Positions 27,145 to 35,436 of a stretch of 47,128 bases of DNA are shown piece by piece. The notes under the pieces were generated by a model, which worked only from the letters and a program-made list of their open reading frames with translations, was not told the origin of the DNA and did not search any database. The stretch is taken from assembly GCA_003647095.1 (NCBI GenBank), contig QMME01000001.1, forward strand, positions 1 through 47,128, in the 5' to 3' direction. This DNA is from Deltaproteobacteria bacterium (GTDB lineage Bacteria > Myxococcota > B64-G9). Every line of letters begins with the position of its first letter. The first letter of the stretch is position 1. The position numbers and the translations under genes are program-made.

Positions 27145-27540
27145 ATGCGCACCCTGACAAGAGTGTTCAAGGCCCTTGCGGACCAGACCCGGCTGCAGAT
27201 GCTGGGGCTGCTGCTCGAGGCCGGCGAGCTGTGCGTCTGCGACTTCGTCGCGGTGCTGCAGATAACCCAGTCCAAGGCGTCGCGACACCTGCGCCACCTG
27301 GTCGACGCCGGGCTGCTCGACGACCGGCGCGAGGCCGTCTGGGTGTACTTCCGCATCAGCGCCGAGCCGGGGCCGGCCCAGGCCCGGGTACTGGAAGTGC
27401 TGCCCGCGGTGCTTGCCGGCAGGATGCCCGCCGGGCTGTTCGAGCGGTTGGCCGCCTGGCGAGAGAGCAAGGAGCGCCCCGGCAGCGGCTGCCGGGTGTC
27501 GGCCGCCACCGGGGCGGCCGGGCGCGGGGGCGGGCGATGA
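27145..27540 (+). CDS. arsR: ArsR/SmtB-family arsenite-responsive repressor
   Basis: 131 aa. [29 protein letters not shown] carries the ELCVCD As(III)-binding motif and an HTH. Confidence 0.9.
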   Translation: MRTLTRVFKALADQTRLQMLGLLLEAGELCVCDFVAVLQITQSKASRHLRHLVDAGLLDDRREAVWVYFRISAEPGPAQARVLEVLPAVLAGRMPAGLFERLAAWRESKERPGSGCRVSAATGAAGRGGGR

Positions 27541-28649
27541 CCGGCCCGGGCGGCGGCGTCGCCGGGAGGCTCGCGGTCCTGGACCGCTTCCTCACCGTCT
27601 GGATATTCCTGGCCATGGGCATCGGCATCGGGGCCGGGTATCTCCTTCCCGGCGCCGTCTCCCTGCTGGAGGAGTTGAGCGTGGGCACGACGTCGATCCC
27701 CATCGCCGTCGGGCTGGTGCTGATGATGTACCCGCCGCTCGCCAGGGTCAGGTACGAACGGCTGGGTTCGGTCTTCCGCAACTTCCGGGTGCTGGGGCTC
27801 TCGCTGGTGCAGAACTGGCTGGTGGGCCCGGTGCTGATGTTCGGGCTGGCAGTGGTCTTCCTGCACGACCGGCCCGAGTACATGGTGGGGCTGATCCTGA
27901 TCGGCCTGGCGCGCTGCATCGCCATGGTCATCGTTTGGAACGACCTGGCCGGGGGCGACACCGAGTACTGCGCCGGGCTGGTGGCCTTCAACTCCATCTT
28001 CCAGGTGCTGTTCTACTCGCTGTACGCCTACCTGTTCATAACCGTCCTGCCCACCTGGCTGGGTCTGGAGGGTGCGGTGGTCGACATCACCATCGGCGAG
28101 ATCGCCGGCAGCGTCTTCATCTACCTGGGCATCCCCTTCATCGCCGGCCTGCTCACCCGCGTCTCGCTGGTGAGGCTCAGGGGCATCGACTGGTACCACA
28201 CGAAATTCATCCCCAGGATAAGCCCCATCACCCTGGTGGCGCTGCTGTTCACCATCGTGGTGATGTTCTCGCTCAAGGGCGGCACCATCGTCCAGCTTCC
28301 CCTCGACGTGGTGCGCATCGCCCTGCCCCTGCTGGTGTACTTCGTGCTGATGTTCTTCATCTCCTTCTTCATGTCCCGGCTGGTGGGCGCCACCCGGGGG
28401 CAGACGGTCACCCTGTCGTTCACCGCCGCTTCCAACAACTTCGAGCTGGCCATCGCCGTGGCCGTGGCCACCTTCGGCATCCAGCACGGGGCGGCCTTCG
28501 CCGCGGTGATCGGTCCCCTGGTGGAGGTGCCGGTGCTGATCGGCCTGGTCAACGTGGCCCTGTGGCTGGGCCGGAGGTACTTCCCGGCCGCCGCCGCGGC
28601 AGCTCCGGCCGGGGAGCGGGCCGGAGCGGTCGAGAGGAGATCCCCGTGA
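27537..28649 (+). CDS. acr3: ACR3-family arsenite efflux transporter
   Basis: The internal ATG overlaps the arsR stop (ATGA). [55 protein letters not shown] are ACR3 hallmarks. Confidence 0.9.
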   Translation: MTGPGGGVAGRLAVLDRFLTVWIFLAMGIGIGAGYLLPGAVSLLEELSVGTTSIPIAVGLVLMMYPPLARVRYERLGSVFRNFRVLGLSLVQNWLVGPVLMFGLAVVFLHDRPEYMVGLILIGLARCIAMVIVWNDLAGGDTEYCAGLVAFNSIFQVLFYSLYAYLFITVLPTWLGLEGAVVDITIGEIAGSVFIYLGIPFIAGLLTRVSLVRLRGIDWYHTKFIPRISPITLVALLFTIVVMFSLKGGTIVQLPLDVVRIALPLLVYFVLMFFISFFMSRLVGATRGQTVTLSFTAASNNFELAIAVAVATFGIQHGAAFAAVIGPLVEVPVLIGLVNVALWLGRRYFPAAAAAAPAGERAGAVERRSP

Positions 28650-28805
28650 CCGAGCAAGGTGTTCGCCTGCAGGTGCTGGTATTCGACGACTGTCTTCACG
28701 CCGAGGCGGCGCTCGCGGTCGCAACAGAAGGAGGCAGATCATGAGCAAGCAAGATGACGTGCGCCGGGAGGTGTCCCGCGCCTATGCGCGCAACCTCTTG
28801 GTGAT

Positions 28806-28841
28806 GGCCGCGGTGCTGGTGGCCGCGGTGCTGGTGGCCGC
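28806..28841. repeat. 15-bp perfect tandem duplication (GGCCGCGGTGCTGGT x2 plus a partial copy)
   Basis: Units at 28806-28820 and 28821-28835, with partial GGCCGC following. Confidence 0.9.
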
Positions 28842-28861
28842 CGGGGTCTTGGGCCTTTCCT

Positions 28862-28882
28862 GCGGGCCTGTCCCCGCTGTCT
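28862..28882 (+). repeat. Solo repeat arm GCGGGCCTGTCCCCGCTGTCT (identical 21-mer at 31727)
   Basis: Exact 21-nt match to 31727-31747 in the same orientation. Confidence 0.9.
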
Positions 28883-29041
28883 CCCACGAGAGTCTTGTAA
28901 GTGATGGTCTTCTGACGTAACGTTCATTATCCTTACGGGGGAGGCCTCGCGGAACACCGCCGGGGTTCAACGATTCGCCCCGCCGAGCTTCACCCGGCAA
29001 CTGCTTTCGCGACCGCAAGGCAAGAAAGAAAGGGGGCCGAT

Positions 29042-29338
29042 GTGAAATACGAGAAGAAGAGAGCCAGGAAGCAGTGGATCACCGACTGGTGGCCGAACAG
29101 GTTTAACCTGAGGCTCCTGCGACAGCACTGCTCGAGTTCCAACCCTTATGGCCCCGACTTCGACTATGCCGCCGAGTGCAGGCACCTGGATCTCGCCGCG
29201 GTGAAAAAAGACCTGCAGCAGATCATGACGAACACCGAAGAGTGGTGGCCGGCCGACTTCGGCCACTATGACCTGCTGTTCGTCCGACTGGCCTGGCATA
29301 GCGCGGGCAGCTACCGAATCTACGACGGCAGGGGCTGA
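29042..29338 (+). pseudogene. katG: Internal fragment of catalase-peroxidase KatG (about 100 of about 730 aa)
   Basis: [71 protein letters not shown] matches the KatG N-terminal haem-pocket region. It is cut at both ends and nhaA starts 85 nt later. Confidence 0.8.
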
Positions 29339-29422
29339 TCGACCGCGGCTCAGGAGACTGGCGGGCACCGCCGGATCGCGCTGGACATGGTCAGCCTGCC
29401 CAACTGACACAAGGAGCTCCGG

Positions 29423-30796
29423 ATGTCGAGCCAACTGCCACCAGGAGTCTCCCCGAGAATCCACCGGCTGGCCAGAAGGTTCTTCCGGCCGGTGGAGAGA
29501 TTTCTTCGTATCGAAGCGTCCAGTGGTATACTTCTTCTGGCCGCCGCGGCGACAGCCGTCTTCTGGGCCAACTCCCCTTGGGCGTCGGCGTACCACCACT
29601 TGCTGCACCTCGAGTTGTTCGTCGGATTCAGTCAACACACCCTGAGATTTTCGCTGCATTTCCTCATCAACGAAGTACTCATGGTCGTTTTTTTCTTCGT
29701 AGTGGGGTTGGAGATCAGGAGGGAGATCCTCGAGGGTGAGCTCTCTTCGCTGCGCCGGGCGGCCTTGCCCCTGGCTGCCGCTCTCGGAGGCATGGCGGTT
29801 CCTGCGATCATTTACCTGATGTTCAACCACGGCACCACCGCCGCGGGGGGGTGGGGGGTGCCCATGGCCACGGACATCGCCTTCGCCGTGGGCGTCCTCA
29901 CCTTGCTCGGAAGCCGCGTACCGCATTCGCTGCGAATGTTGCTGCTCGCCCTGGCCATAATCGACGACGTCGGAGCGATTCTCGTCATCGCCCTATTCTA
30001 CTCCGGAGCCCTGTCCTGGATCGGGCTGGCCGTGGCAGGCGTGGGACTTGCGATGACAGTGGTGATGCAATGGAGCGGGATACGTAACGCCCTGGCGTTC
30101 TTCGTACCGGGGGCGGTGGTGTGGGCAGGGCTGTTACAGGCGGGCATACACCCGACCTTGGCCGGCGTGCTGCTCGGCCTGCTCACACCTGCTCGAGCCT
30201 GGTACGGCCGAGAGGGGTTTGCGGCCGAGATTCGGCGTGCCTCCGCCGAGTTACAACGAGGCAACGGCACCGACGTCGAGCAATCCCTTCTGATCACCGG
30301 CGTCGCACGGGCCTGCCGGGAGGCTGTCGCACCGGCCGCCCGCATCCAGGCGGCCCTTCATCCCTGGGTCGCCTTCGTGATCATGCCGTTGTTCGCCTTG
30401 GCCAATGCAGGTGTAAATATCTCCACGGGCGAAGGTGCTTTCTCGGGTGACGGCAGGCTGGTGTGGGGAATATCGCTGGGATTGCTGCTCGGAAAACCTC
30501 TCGGTATCGTGTCGTTCACCTGGCTGGCCGTCCGGGCTGGACTGACATCGCTGCCGACGAGTGTCCGCTGGAGAGGGATACTGGTGGTCGGTTGTGTATC
30601 CGGCATCGGTTTCACCATGTCGCTGTTCATCGGAGCCCTGGCCTTCAGCGACTCCAGCCGGCACGCGGTGGCGAAGCTGTCGATCCTGGCCGCCTCGGTG
30701 GCGGCGGCAGCGATCGGCTTGCTGATCGGCAGATTCGCGCTGCATCCGAGAAAGTCCCGGTGTTGCCAAACTGCAGCCGGTGAGGTAGAGAGGTAA
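29423..30796 (+). CDS. nhaA: Na+/H+ antiporter NhaA
   Basis: 457 aa. ERFLRIEASSGILLL, GGWGVPMATDIAFA, LALAIIDDVGAILVIALFY signatures. Confidence 0.9.
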   Translation: MSSQLPPGVSPRIHRLARRFFRPVERFLRIEASSGILLLAAAATAVFWANSPWASAYHHLLHLELFVGFSQHTLRFSLHFLINEVLMVVFFFVVGLEIRREILEGELSSLRRAALPLAAALGGMAVPAIIYLMFNHGTTAAGGWGVPMATDIAFAVGVLTLLGSRVPHSLRMLLLALAIIDDVGAILVIALFYSGALSWIGLAVAGVGLAMTVVMQWSGIRNALAFFVPGAVVWAGLLQAGIHPTLAGVLLGLLTPARAWYGREGFAAEIRRASAELQRGNGTDVEQSLLITGVARACREAVAPAARIQAALHPWVAFVIMPLFALANAGVNISTGEGAFSGDGRLVWGISLGLLLGKPLGIVSFTWLAVRAGLTSLPTSVRWRGILVVGCVSGIGFTMSLFIGALAFSDSSRHAVAKLSILAASVAAAAIGLLIGRFALHPRKSRCCQTAAGEVER

Positions 30797-30819
30797 CAAT
30801 CAGGGGAGAGAGACGGCAC

Positions 30820-31125
30820 TTGAAGTGTCCCAGTTGCGGTGTGGAAAACCAGGGTTCGTTCAGGTTCTGCAGCAACTGCGGTGCCGGGTTGCCGGCGGCG
30901 CCGGTGCAGACCGGCCAATCCAGCGCCGGCGAGCGGGCCACCGCGCGGGTGGTGTTCCTCATGCTGCGCCGGGGCCAGGAGCGCCCCGATCTCGAGGGGC
31001 TGGGCGATGATCTGGACAGGTGGGTGGAGCGGGCGGCCGACTTCGCGCGGCTGTACCGGCTGGACCTGGACCTGGTGAAGATCGACGGCGACTGGCTGGT
31101 ACAGCAGGCGCGGCTGGAGAGATAA
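30820..31125 (+). CDS. Zinc-ribbon protein whose C-terminal 65 aa duplicate the end of the 26448..26945 lipoprotein (chimeric)
   Basis: MKCPSCGVENQGSFRFCSNCGAGL (zinc ribbon), a linker, then ERATARVVFLMLRRGQ...DWLVQQARLER identical to the other copy. Confidence 0.5.
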   Translation: MKCPSCGVENQGSFRFCSNCGAGLPAAPVQTGQSSAGERATARVVFLMLRRGQERPDLEGLGDDLDRWVERAADFARLYRLDLDLVKIDGDWLVQQARLER

Positions 31126-31127
31126 CC
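30926..31127 (+). repeat. Copy B of the 202-bp direct repeat
   Basis: See 26746..26947. The offset is exactly 4180 bp. Confidence 0.95.
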
Positions 31128-31175
31128 TCGGTATATTTTCCGCTTGTGGCGGGCGGGAAGAAGAGAACGACGAAC

Positions 31176-31553
31176 ATGGAGGACGACATGTTGAGCAATA
31201 AGCTGGAGGGGTTCATTCCTTTCATCCTGCAGGAGTGCGAATCGCAGTTTCCGACGACGTGCAAGAGCTGCGGCCGTGGCTTCGCCGACTTTCTCGACTA
31301 CGTTCGGGCAACGAGACCCATAGGCCTGATACCCGACATGGACCCCGACGACGATCCGCTGGGTCTGCTGTCGCTGGCGAACTGCAACTGCGGTAACACG
31401 TTGGCCCTGAAGTGCGAGAGTCTCGAGATGCACACGAGGTTTATCGACGCGCTCGAGAAAGAGAGCGCCGCATCCGGCCGCTCACTCGCTGACATCCTCG
31501 TCGAGATCCGCAGCAGGATTCGAGCGGCCGCTCTGGCCGAGCACGCATCTTGA
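31176..31553 (+). CDS. Hypothetical 125-aa Cys-containing protein
   Basis: MEDDMLSNKLEGFIPFILQECESQFPTTCKSCGRGF...LANCNCGN. The composition is natural. The family is not recognised. Confidence 0.45.
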   Translation: MEDDMLSNKLEGFIPFILQECESQFPTTCKSCGRGFADFLDYVRATRPIGLIPDMDPDDDPLGLLSLANCNCGNTLALKCESLEMHTRFIDALEKESAASGRSLADILVEIRSRIRAAALAEHAS

Positions 31554-31726
31554 GACGCGAATGACCACCGACGGCAGGTTCGAACTCCGCGGGCGGCACC
31601 TTCATCCGCCCCCGCTGAGCCGCGGCGGCGGCCGCGCTCTCCCCAACACGCGGCAGCGAAATCCGTGGCCATCGAGATAGTTGTTGACGGTGTAGAAAGA
31701 GAGCCCCAGGCTTTGCCCCGGTTGCA

Positions 31727-31747
31727 GCGGGCCTGTCCCCGCTGTCT
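31727..31747 (+). repeat. Solo repeat arm GCGGGCCTGTCCCCGCTGTCT
   Basis: Exact 21-mer shared with 28862-28882. Lies upstream of the ankyrin gene. Confidence 0.9.
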
Positions 31748-31818
31748 TCCGTTACCCTCCCGGATCGCCGGCATTGTCGGGGGGGCCTGGTAGGATGGCT
31801 TCAGGAAGATATCGATGA

Positions 31819-32922
31819 TTGCTCGACGGTACGAGGACGAGGTGCTCGATGACCTGGGTGATGACGGAATGCCAAAGCATAAAAAGAGGAAGTCTATGCA
31901 GCAAGCTGGCCGAGCTGATACCCCGTGACTTTCCCGGCGGCTTCACCGTGGACCAGCTGCTGGACCACCCTGCCCTGGACGACGAGGATCGCGAAGAGAT
32001 CCGCTGGCACGCGGCCAACGGCGCCCTGGTGTATGGATTCGGCAACGGCATCTACTGCCGGCGTAGCGGCAGCCGCTGGGAGATCGTGGACTACCGCTCG
32101 CAACGTGCCCTGTGGTTCGGCGCCCTGCTGAAGGAGCTCGGCCTCGATCCCGGGGCCGCCGTGCGAACGGATGACGCCCGCTTCCTGCGGGCGCTCGACG
32201 CCGCCGACCTCAAGGTCCGCCGGGAGGTGGGGCCACCCGGCTATCCGCCCGGGTGCAACGGGAGGATGACGGAGCCGGACAGCGAGGCGGTCTTCGCCTC
32301 GGCCGCCGAGAAGCTGCAAGAGCGGTTCGGTCCCACCCCCTTGCTAACCTTCGATCTGGCCACGTGGATCACCACCGAGATCGACATCGCCAGGGTGCAG
32401 GAGAACTCGCGGCTGCAGTCCGGCGACGACGAGCCGCTCCCTCCTCTCTCCCGGGCGGCGTGGAACGGCGACCTCGACCTGGTCCGGAAGTTGATAGCCG
32501 AGGGTGCCGATGTGGACCGGCGTGACGAAACCGACAACCGGGCCCTCGACTATGCAGCCATTCGCGGCGACCTGCCCATCGTCGAGTTGCTGGTCTCCGC
32601 CGGGGCGGACGTACGGGCCGCCGGTCCCGATGGCTCGACGGTGCTTCACAGCGCGATGGAGTCCTGCAACCTGGACGTCGTTCGCTACCTGGTGGAGCAG
32701 GGCGCGGAAGTCAACGCCAGGATGGACGACACCACGCCCCTGCACCTGGCGGGCTACGGCTCACCGCCGGAGCTGATCGACTACCTGGTCGCGCAGGGTG
32801 CCGATGTCAACGCGGTCGATGGCGCTTACACGCCGCTGGACAACGCCATGTTTACGGGAAACCGGGAAATCGTTCGATTGCTGAAGAAGCATGGTGGGCG
32901 GTTTCGGATGGACCTGACGTAG
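31819..32922 (+). CDS. Ankyrin-repeat protein with unrecognised N-terminal domain
   Basis: The C-terminal part has about 5 ANK repeats (GDLDLVRKLIAEGADVDRRDETDNRALDYAA, GDLPIVELLVSAGADV, LDVVRYLVEQGAEVNA, ..). The true start may be an internal Met. Confidence 0.7.
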   Translation: MLDGTRTRCSMTWVMTECQSIKRGSLCSKLAELIPRDFPGGFTVDQLLDHPALDDEDREEIRWHAANGALVYGFGNGIYCRRSGSRWEIVDYRSQRALWFGALLKELGLDPGAAVRTDDARFLRALDAADLKVRREVGPPGYPPGCNGRMTEPDSEAVFASAAEKLQERFGPTPLLTFDLATWITTEIDIARVQENSRLQSGDDEPLPPLSRAAWNGDLDLVRKLIAEGADVDRRDETDNRALDYAAIRGDLPIVELLVSAGADVRAAGPDGSTVLHSAMESCNLDVVRYLVEQGAEVNARMDDTTPLHLAGYGSPPELIDYLVAQGADVNAVDGAYTPLDNAMFTGNREIVRLLKKHGGRFRMDLT

Positions 32923-32941
32923 GAGCGGCATCCCGCGCTCC
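32906..32941 (+). repeat. Copy 1 of a 36-bp direct repeat (35/36 identical to 34248..34283)
   Basis: GGATGGACCTGACGTAGGAGCGGCATCCCGC(G/T)CTCC. Covers the last codons and stop of the ankyrin gene. Confidence 0.9.
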
Positions 32942-32950
32942 CCCAACCAA

Positions 32951-32971
32951 GGGAACAGGCACGGGAAAAAG
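32951..32971 (+). repeat. Solo left-arm copy GGGAACAGGCACGGGAAAAAG
   Basis: 20/21 identical to 24970-24990. Confidence 0.85.
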
Positions 32972-33141
32972 TCAGCTATCGCCGAACCCAACCATTGGTC
33001 GCAGCAGCTGGTGTTTTTTTTCTTCTCTTTCCCGGTCACGACTACTACACTGTTGCCACATGCAAGCGTTCTTTCTGATGCGAGTGGTTTTTCCCTCACG
33101 GCATCCGTTCCACCGTCTCACCCCCAGGCAGTACGCCACTG

Positions 33142-33804
33142 ATGATCCGGCTCGAGATGCAACCGCTTGAGGTGCCGCTCGAACCTCGTGTGTGCTGCGC
33201 CTGGGCGAGCGCCCGCACCGAGCTCGCTCCCGGCTGGCAGGAGCTGTTTCCCGTGAGGAAGCTCGGCGTTGTGTTCGCCGGCGAGACGTTGCCGTGTTTC
33301 GGTATCTGGAAAGACACCCGTGGCGCCCGTTCTCGAGTGGCCGGGTTGCTGCGCGCCTGGCGCCACCGCGGACCGGGCGACTTCGTGGTGGAGCTACCCC
33401 GCCAGGGGCTCGATCCTCCGCTGCGCCTGGCCGTGGCCCGGCTCGACGGCGTGGCCACCCTCGGCAAGGCGAGCGAGTCGATCGCATCCATTATGCGCCG
33501 GCGCGGAGGCTTCTGGTGGCGCCTGCGCGGCCGCCACCTCCTCGGTCCCACTGACGTTCTCAAGGTGCCGCTGCTCGAGGCGAGCGGCCCGGGGCGGAAT
33601 CCTTTGGTCGTGATACGCCTCGGCCCGAGCGGCGGCGACTATGAACGACCCACCGAGCTCGCCCTCGGTCGCGGCGAGACGTACCGGCGCTATTTCGTGT
33701 GCGACGCACCGTTCTTTCTGTGGCTCGGCGAGCCCCGTTCCCGGCGACCGCGCCTGATTGCCAGATTCGCGGGCCCGCTCGGACAAGACTCGACACGGAG
33801 GTGA
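33142..33804 (+). CDS. Hypothetical protein, paralog A of an unrecognised family
   Basis: 220 aa. It shares the blocks PLEPR..W, LPCFG(I/L)W and L(A/V)LGRG..Y.R.FVCDAPF.LWLG.PR...P.LIA.F..P with the 34957..35430 product, and has an extra insertion of about 65 aa. Confidence 0.55.
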   Translation: MIRLEMQPLEVPLEPRVCCAWASARTELAPGWQELFPVRKLGVVFAGETLPCFGIWKDTRGARSRVAGLLRAWRHRGPGDFVVELPRQGLDPPLRLAVARLDGVATLGKASESIASIMRRRGGFWWRLRGRHLLGPTDVLKVPLLEASGPGRNPLVVIRLGPSGGDYERPTELALGRGETYRRYFVCDAPFFLWLGEPRSRRPRLIARFAGPLGQDSTRR

Positions 33805-33808
33805 TACC

Positions 33809-34048
33809 ATGACGAAAGAACTTTGGAGCCCCCTGCAGGCCACACAATGGGCTACACTCACGCCTCGAGAGCGCGCCGCTGCGCTCGAAGCGCTGGCGGA
33901 CGCGCTGGGCCTGCGCGCCCGCTTGCCAGCGAAGGCCAGGTGGTGCGGGGAGGGGCGGCGCAGTGCTGGCCCTGGCAGGGAGGCGGCGAGTGGACAACAC
34001 TGCTTTCCGCCAACCGCTCGCCCGCCGTCGAGCACGAGGGGTTTGTGA
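33809..34048 (+). pseudogene. Possible gene remnant
   Basis: GGAGGTGA precedes the ATG at 33809. The first ~35 aa (MTKELWSPLQATQWATLTPRERAAALEALADALGL) look protein-like, then the sequence degenerates into R/G/P-rich text. Confidence 0.25.
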
Positions 34049-34100
34049 TCCTGCGACCGGCACTGGGAGGGTGACAGGTACCCGTTGCGGCGAGGCGTTC

Positions 34101-34238
34101 TCACGGCAGGGGATGGGCGGCGAAGAAGCGCAGCATCTCGACGTTGGCGGAGATCTCGAAGCTCACCATCCCGACCATGCTCTCCGGCAGGGCGTCCGAG
34201 CCGCCTGGCCAGGTGTGGCCGCCGGCCGGGTGCGGAGG
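34101..34238 (-). pseudogene. C-terminal stub of a PHB-depolymerase-family esterase (COG3509-like)
   Basis: Manual translation gives PPHPAGGHTWPGGSDALPESMVGMVSFEISANVEMLRFFAAHPLP*. The GGHxWPGG and ...FF..HP ending are typical of this family. An in-frame stop lies immediately upstream, next to repeat copy 2. Confidence 0.4.
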
Positions 34239-34247
34239 TCAATGCCG

Positions 34248-34283
34248 GGATGGACCTGACGTAGGAGCGGCATCCCGCTCTCC
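34248..34283 (+). repeat. Copy 2 of the 36-bp direct repeat
   Basis: It is preceded by ..PGAEVNAGMDLT*, which looks like the last codons of another ankyrin gene. Confidence 0.9.
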
Positions 34284-34360
34284 TGGTATTGCCTGCCGGC
34301 GAGCCACGATGTTATTGTGGGTGCGTTCCCCTAGAGTCGATCATGAAGGCGGAAAGGAGG

Positions 34361-34543
34361 ATGTCTCCCATGGACGGTGCGATTATGGGAATGGTTGCGG
34401 TCATTATCCCCGTGGTCAGCGTTACCGCGGGGTTGGTGGTCGTGATCCGGGACCAGCTGAAAAAGATCGGCAAGAGGCTCGACGAGATCGAACGTGCTCT
34501 CGCACGGGACGGGAGTTCCGATCGGCGCAGTCGCCCTTGCTAG
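34361..34543 (+). CDS. Small (60 aa) single-TM protein
   Basis: AGGAGG precedes the ATG at 34361. MSPMDGAIMGMVAVIIPVVSVTAGLVVVIRDQLKKIGKRLDEIERAL. It is followed by the hairpin CTATCT-cgatcgt-AGATAG. Confidence 0.4.
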   Translation: MSPMDGAIMGMVAVIIPVVSVTAGLVVVIRDQLKKIGKRLDEIERALARDGSSDRRSRPC

Positions 34544-34566
34544 ATTGTCTATCTCGATCGTAGATA

Positions 34567-34960
34567 GTGGGCAAGGAGACTAGCGGTGGATTTCCTGACC
34601 CCCCTGAAAGAGCTGGCGGACGACTCGTAGATGGAGGCGCTGGAGGAGGTCTTCGCCGACCTGAACAAGGCGCCCGCCCGATTTGTCAAAAATCGCAGAG
34701 GCCTTCGACCGTTGCGTCGCCGATCATTCCAACGGAGATGCCTTCGCCGTCCTTTCACTGACGGTCGAGGGCTTCCGAGCCCTTCTGCGGCGGCTCGTTG
34801 AGAAAGGGCAACAGCCCCAACAGGAGGTTCTGCGCTATGACGCCGATCCTCGGGTGTCGGCGCCTCAAGTGGTGTCTGCCGTCCAGGCTACGCTGGATCT
34901 CCCCGAGGATGCGGCGACGCTCTATCTCCAAACACTGGCGCTGGCCCGGCCGGCGGTCAG
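34567..34960 (+). pseudogene. Decayed ORF (in-frame stop plus frameshift), 3'-truncated by the convergent paralog B gene
   Basis: Protein-like text continues across a TAG (..FLTPLKELADDS*MEALEEVFADLNKAP) and a frame change (..SKIAEAFDRCVADHSNGDAFAVLSLTVEGFRALLRRL...LDLPEDAATLYLQTLAL). Family not identified. Confidence 0.3.
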
Positions 34961-35430
34961 GGCGCCGGGTCGCCGAACCAGGCGATCAGCAGTGGTCGTG
35001 GTGCACGGGGGGTCCCCAGCCAGAGGGCAAAGGGGGCGTCACAGACAAAGTTGCGGAGGTAGGCATCACCTCTGCCGAGGACGAGTTCCTCGTCGGGACC
35101 CTGCTCGCCGCTCCCGTCCAGGGAGAGCACCACCTCGGGCCCGGGGCCGGCGCTCCGGGCCGCGATTGGCGGTATCTTGAGCGCATCCTCGCGGCCGAGC
35201 CGCTCCCGCCGCCGCGGCTCGATGCCATTCCAGAGCCCGAAGCAGGGCAGCACCTTGTCACCGAACCACACGCCGAGTTGCCGCCACGGGAACGACTCGG
35301 ACCAGCGTGGGGTCAGGTGGACGGCGGCCGCCGCCCAGAAGCAGTTGCGGGCTCGTGGTTCGAGCGGGGTGGTCAGCTGTACCTGGTCCAGTTCGATGAT
35401 GGTCTGCTCCCGTTTTCCTGGCTGAAGCAA
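34957..35430 (-). CDS. Hypothetical protein, paralog B of the 33142..33804 family
   Basis: 157 aa with a TTG start, 7 nt downstream of the Fic remnant stop. For the conserved blocks see paralog A. Confidence 0.55.
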   Translation of the reverse strand: MLQPGKREQTIIELDQVQLTTPLEPRARNCFWAAAAVHLTPRWSESFPWRQLGVWFGDKVLPCFGLWNGIEPRRRERLGREDALKIPPIAARSAGPGPEVVLSLDGSGEQGPDEELVLGRGDAYLRNFVCDAPFALWLGTPRAPRPLLIAWFGDPAP

Positions 35431-35436
35431 TTTTTT

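Larger units (their letters stand above)
28741..28920 (+). pseudogene. Possible 5' stub of an arsM-like methyltransferase fused to junk
   Basis: A strong GAAGGAGG precedes the ATG at 28741. MSKQDDVRREVSRAYARN resembles ArsM N-termini, after which the similarity is lost. Contains a 15-bp tandem duplication and a repeat-family copy. At 59 aa it falls below the track cutoff. Confidence 0.25.

Noticed and set aside
28646-28744. A 32-codon GTG ORF after acr3 as an arsD or thioredoxin-fold ars accessory gene
   Set aside because: It lacks the Cys pairs of ArsD (CC) and the CxxC of thioredoxin-like proteins, and it is far too short. It is mentioned only as a possible stub.
26746-31127. The 202-bp repeat pair as the template and variable repeats of a diversity-generating retroelement
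   Set aside because: The mismatches are not adenine-specific (g/c, t/c, c/t, g/a, a/g) and all are synonymous. No reverse transcriptase gene is present in the window.
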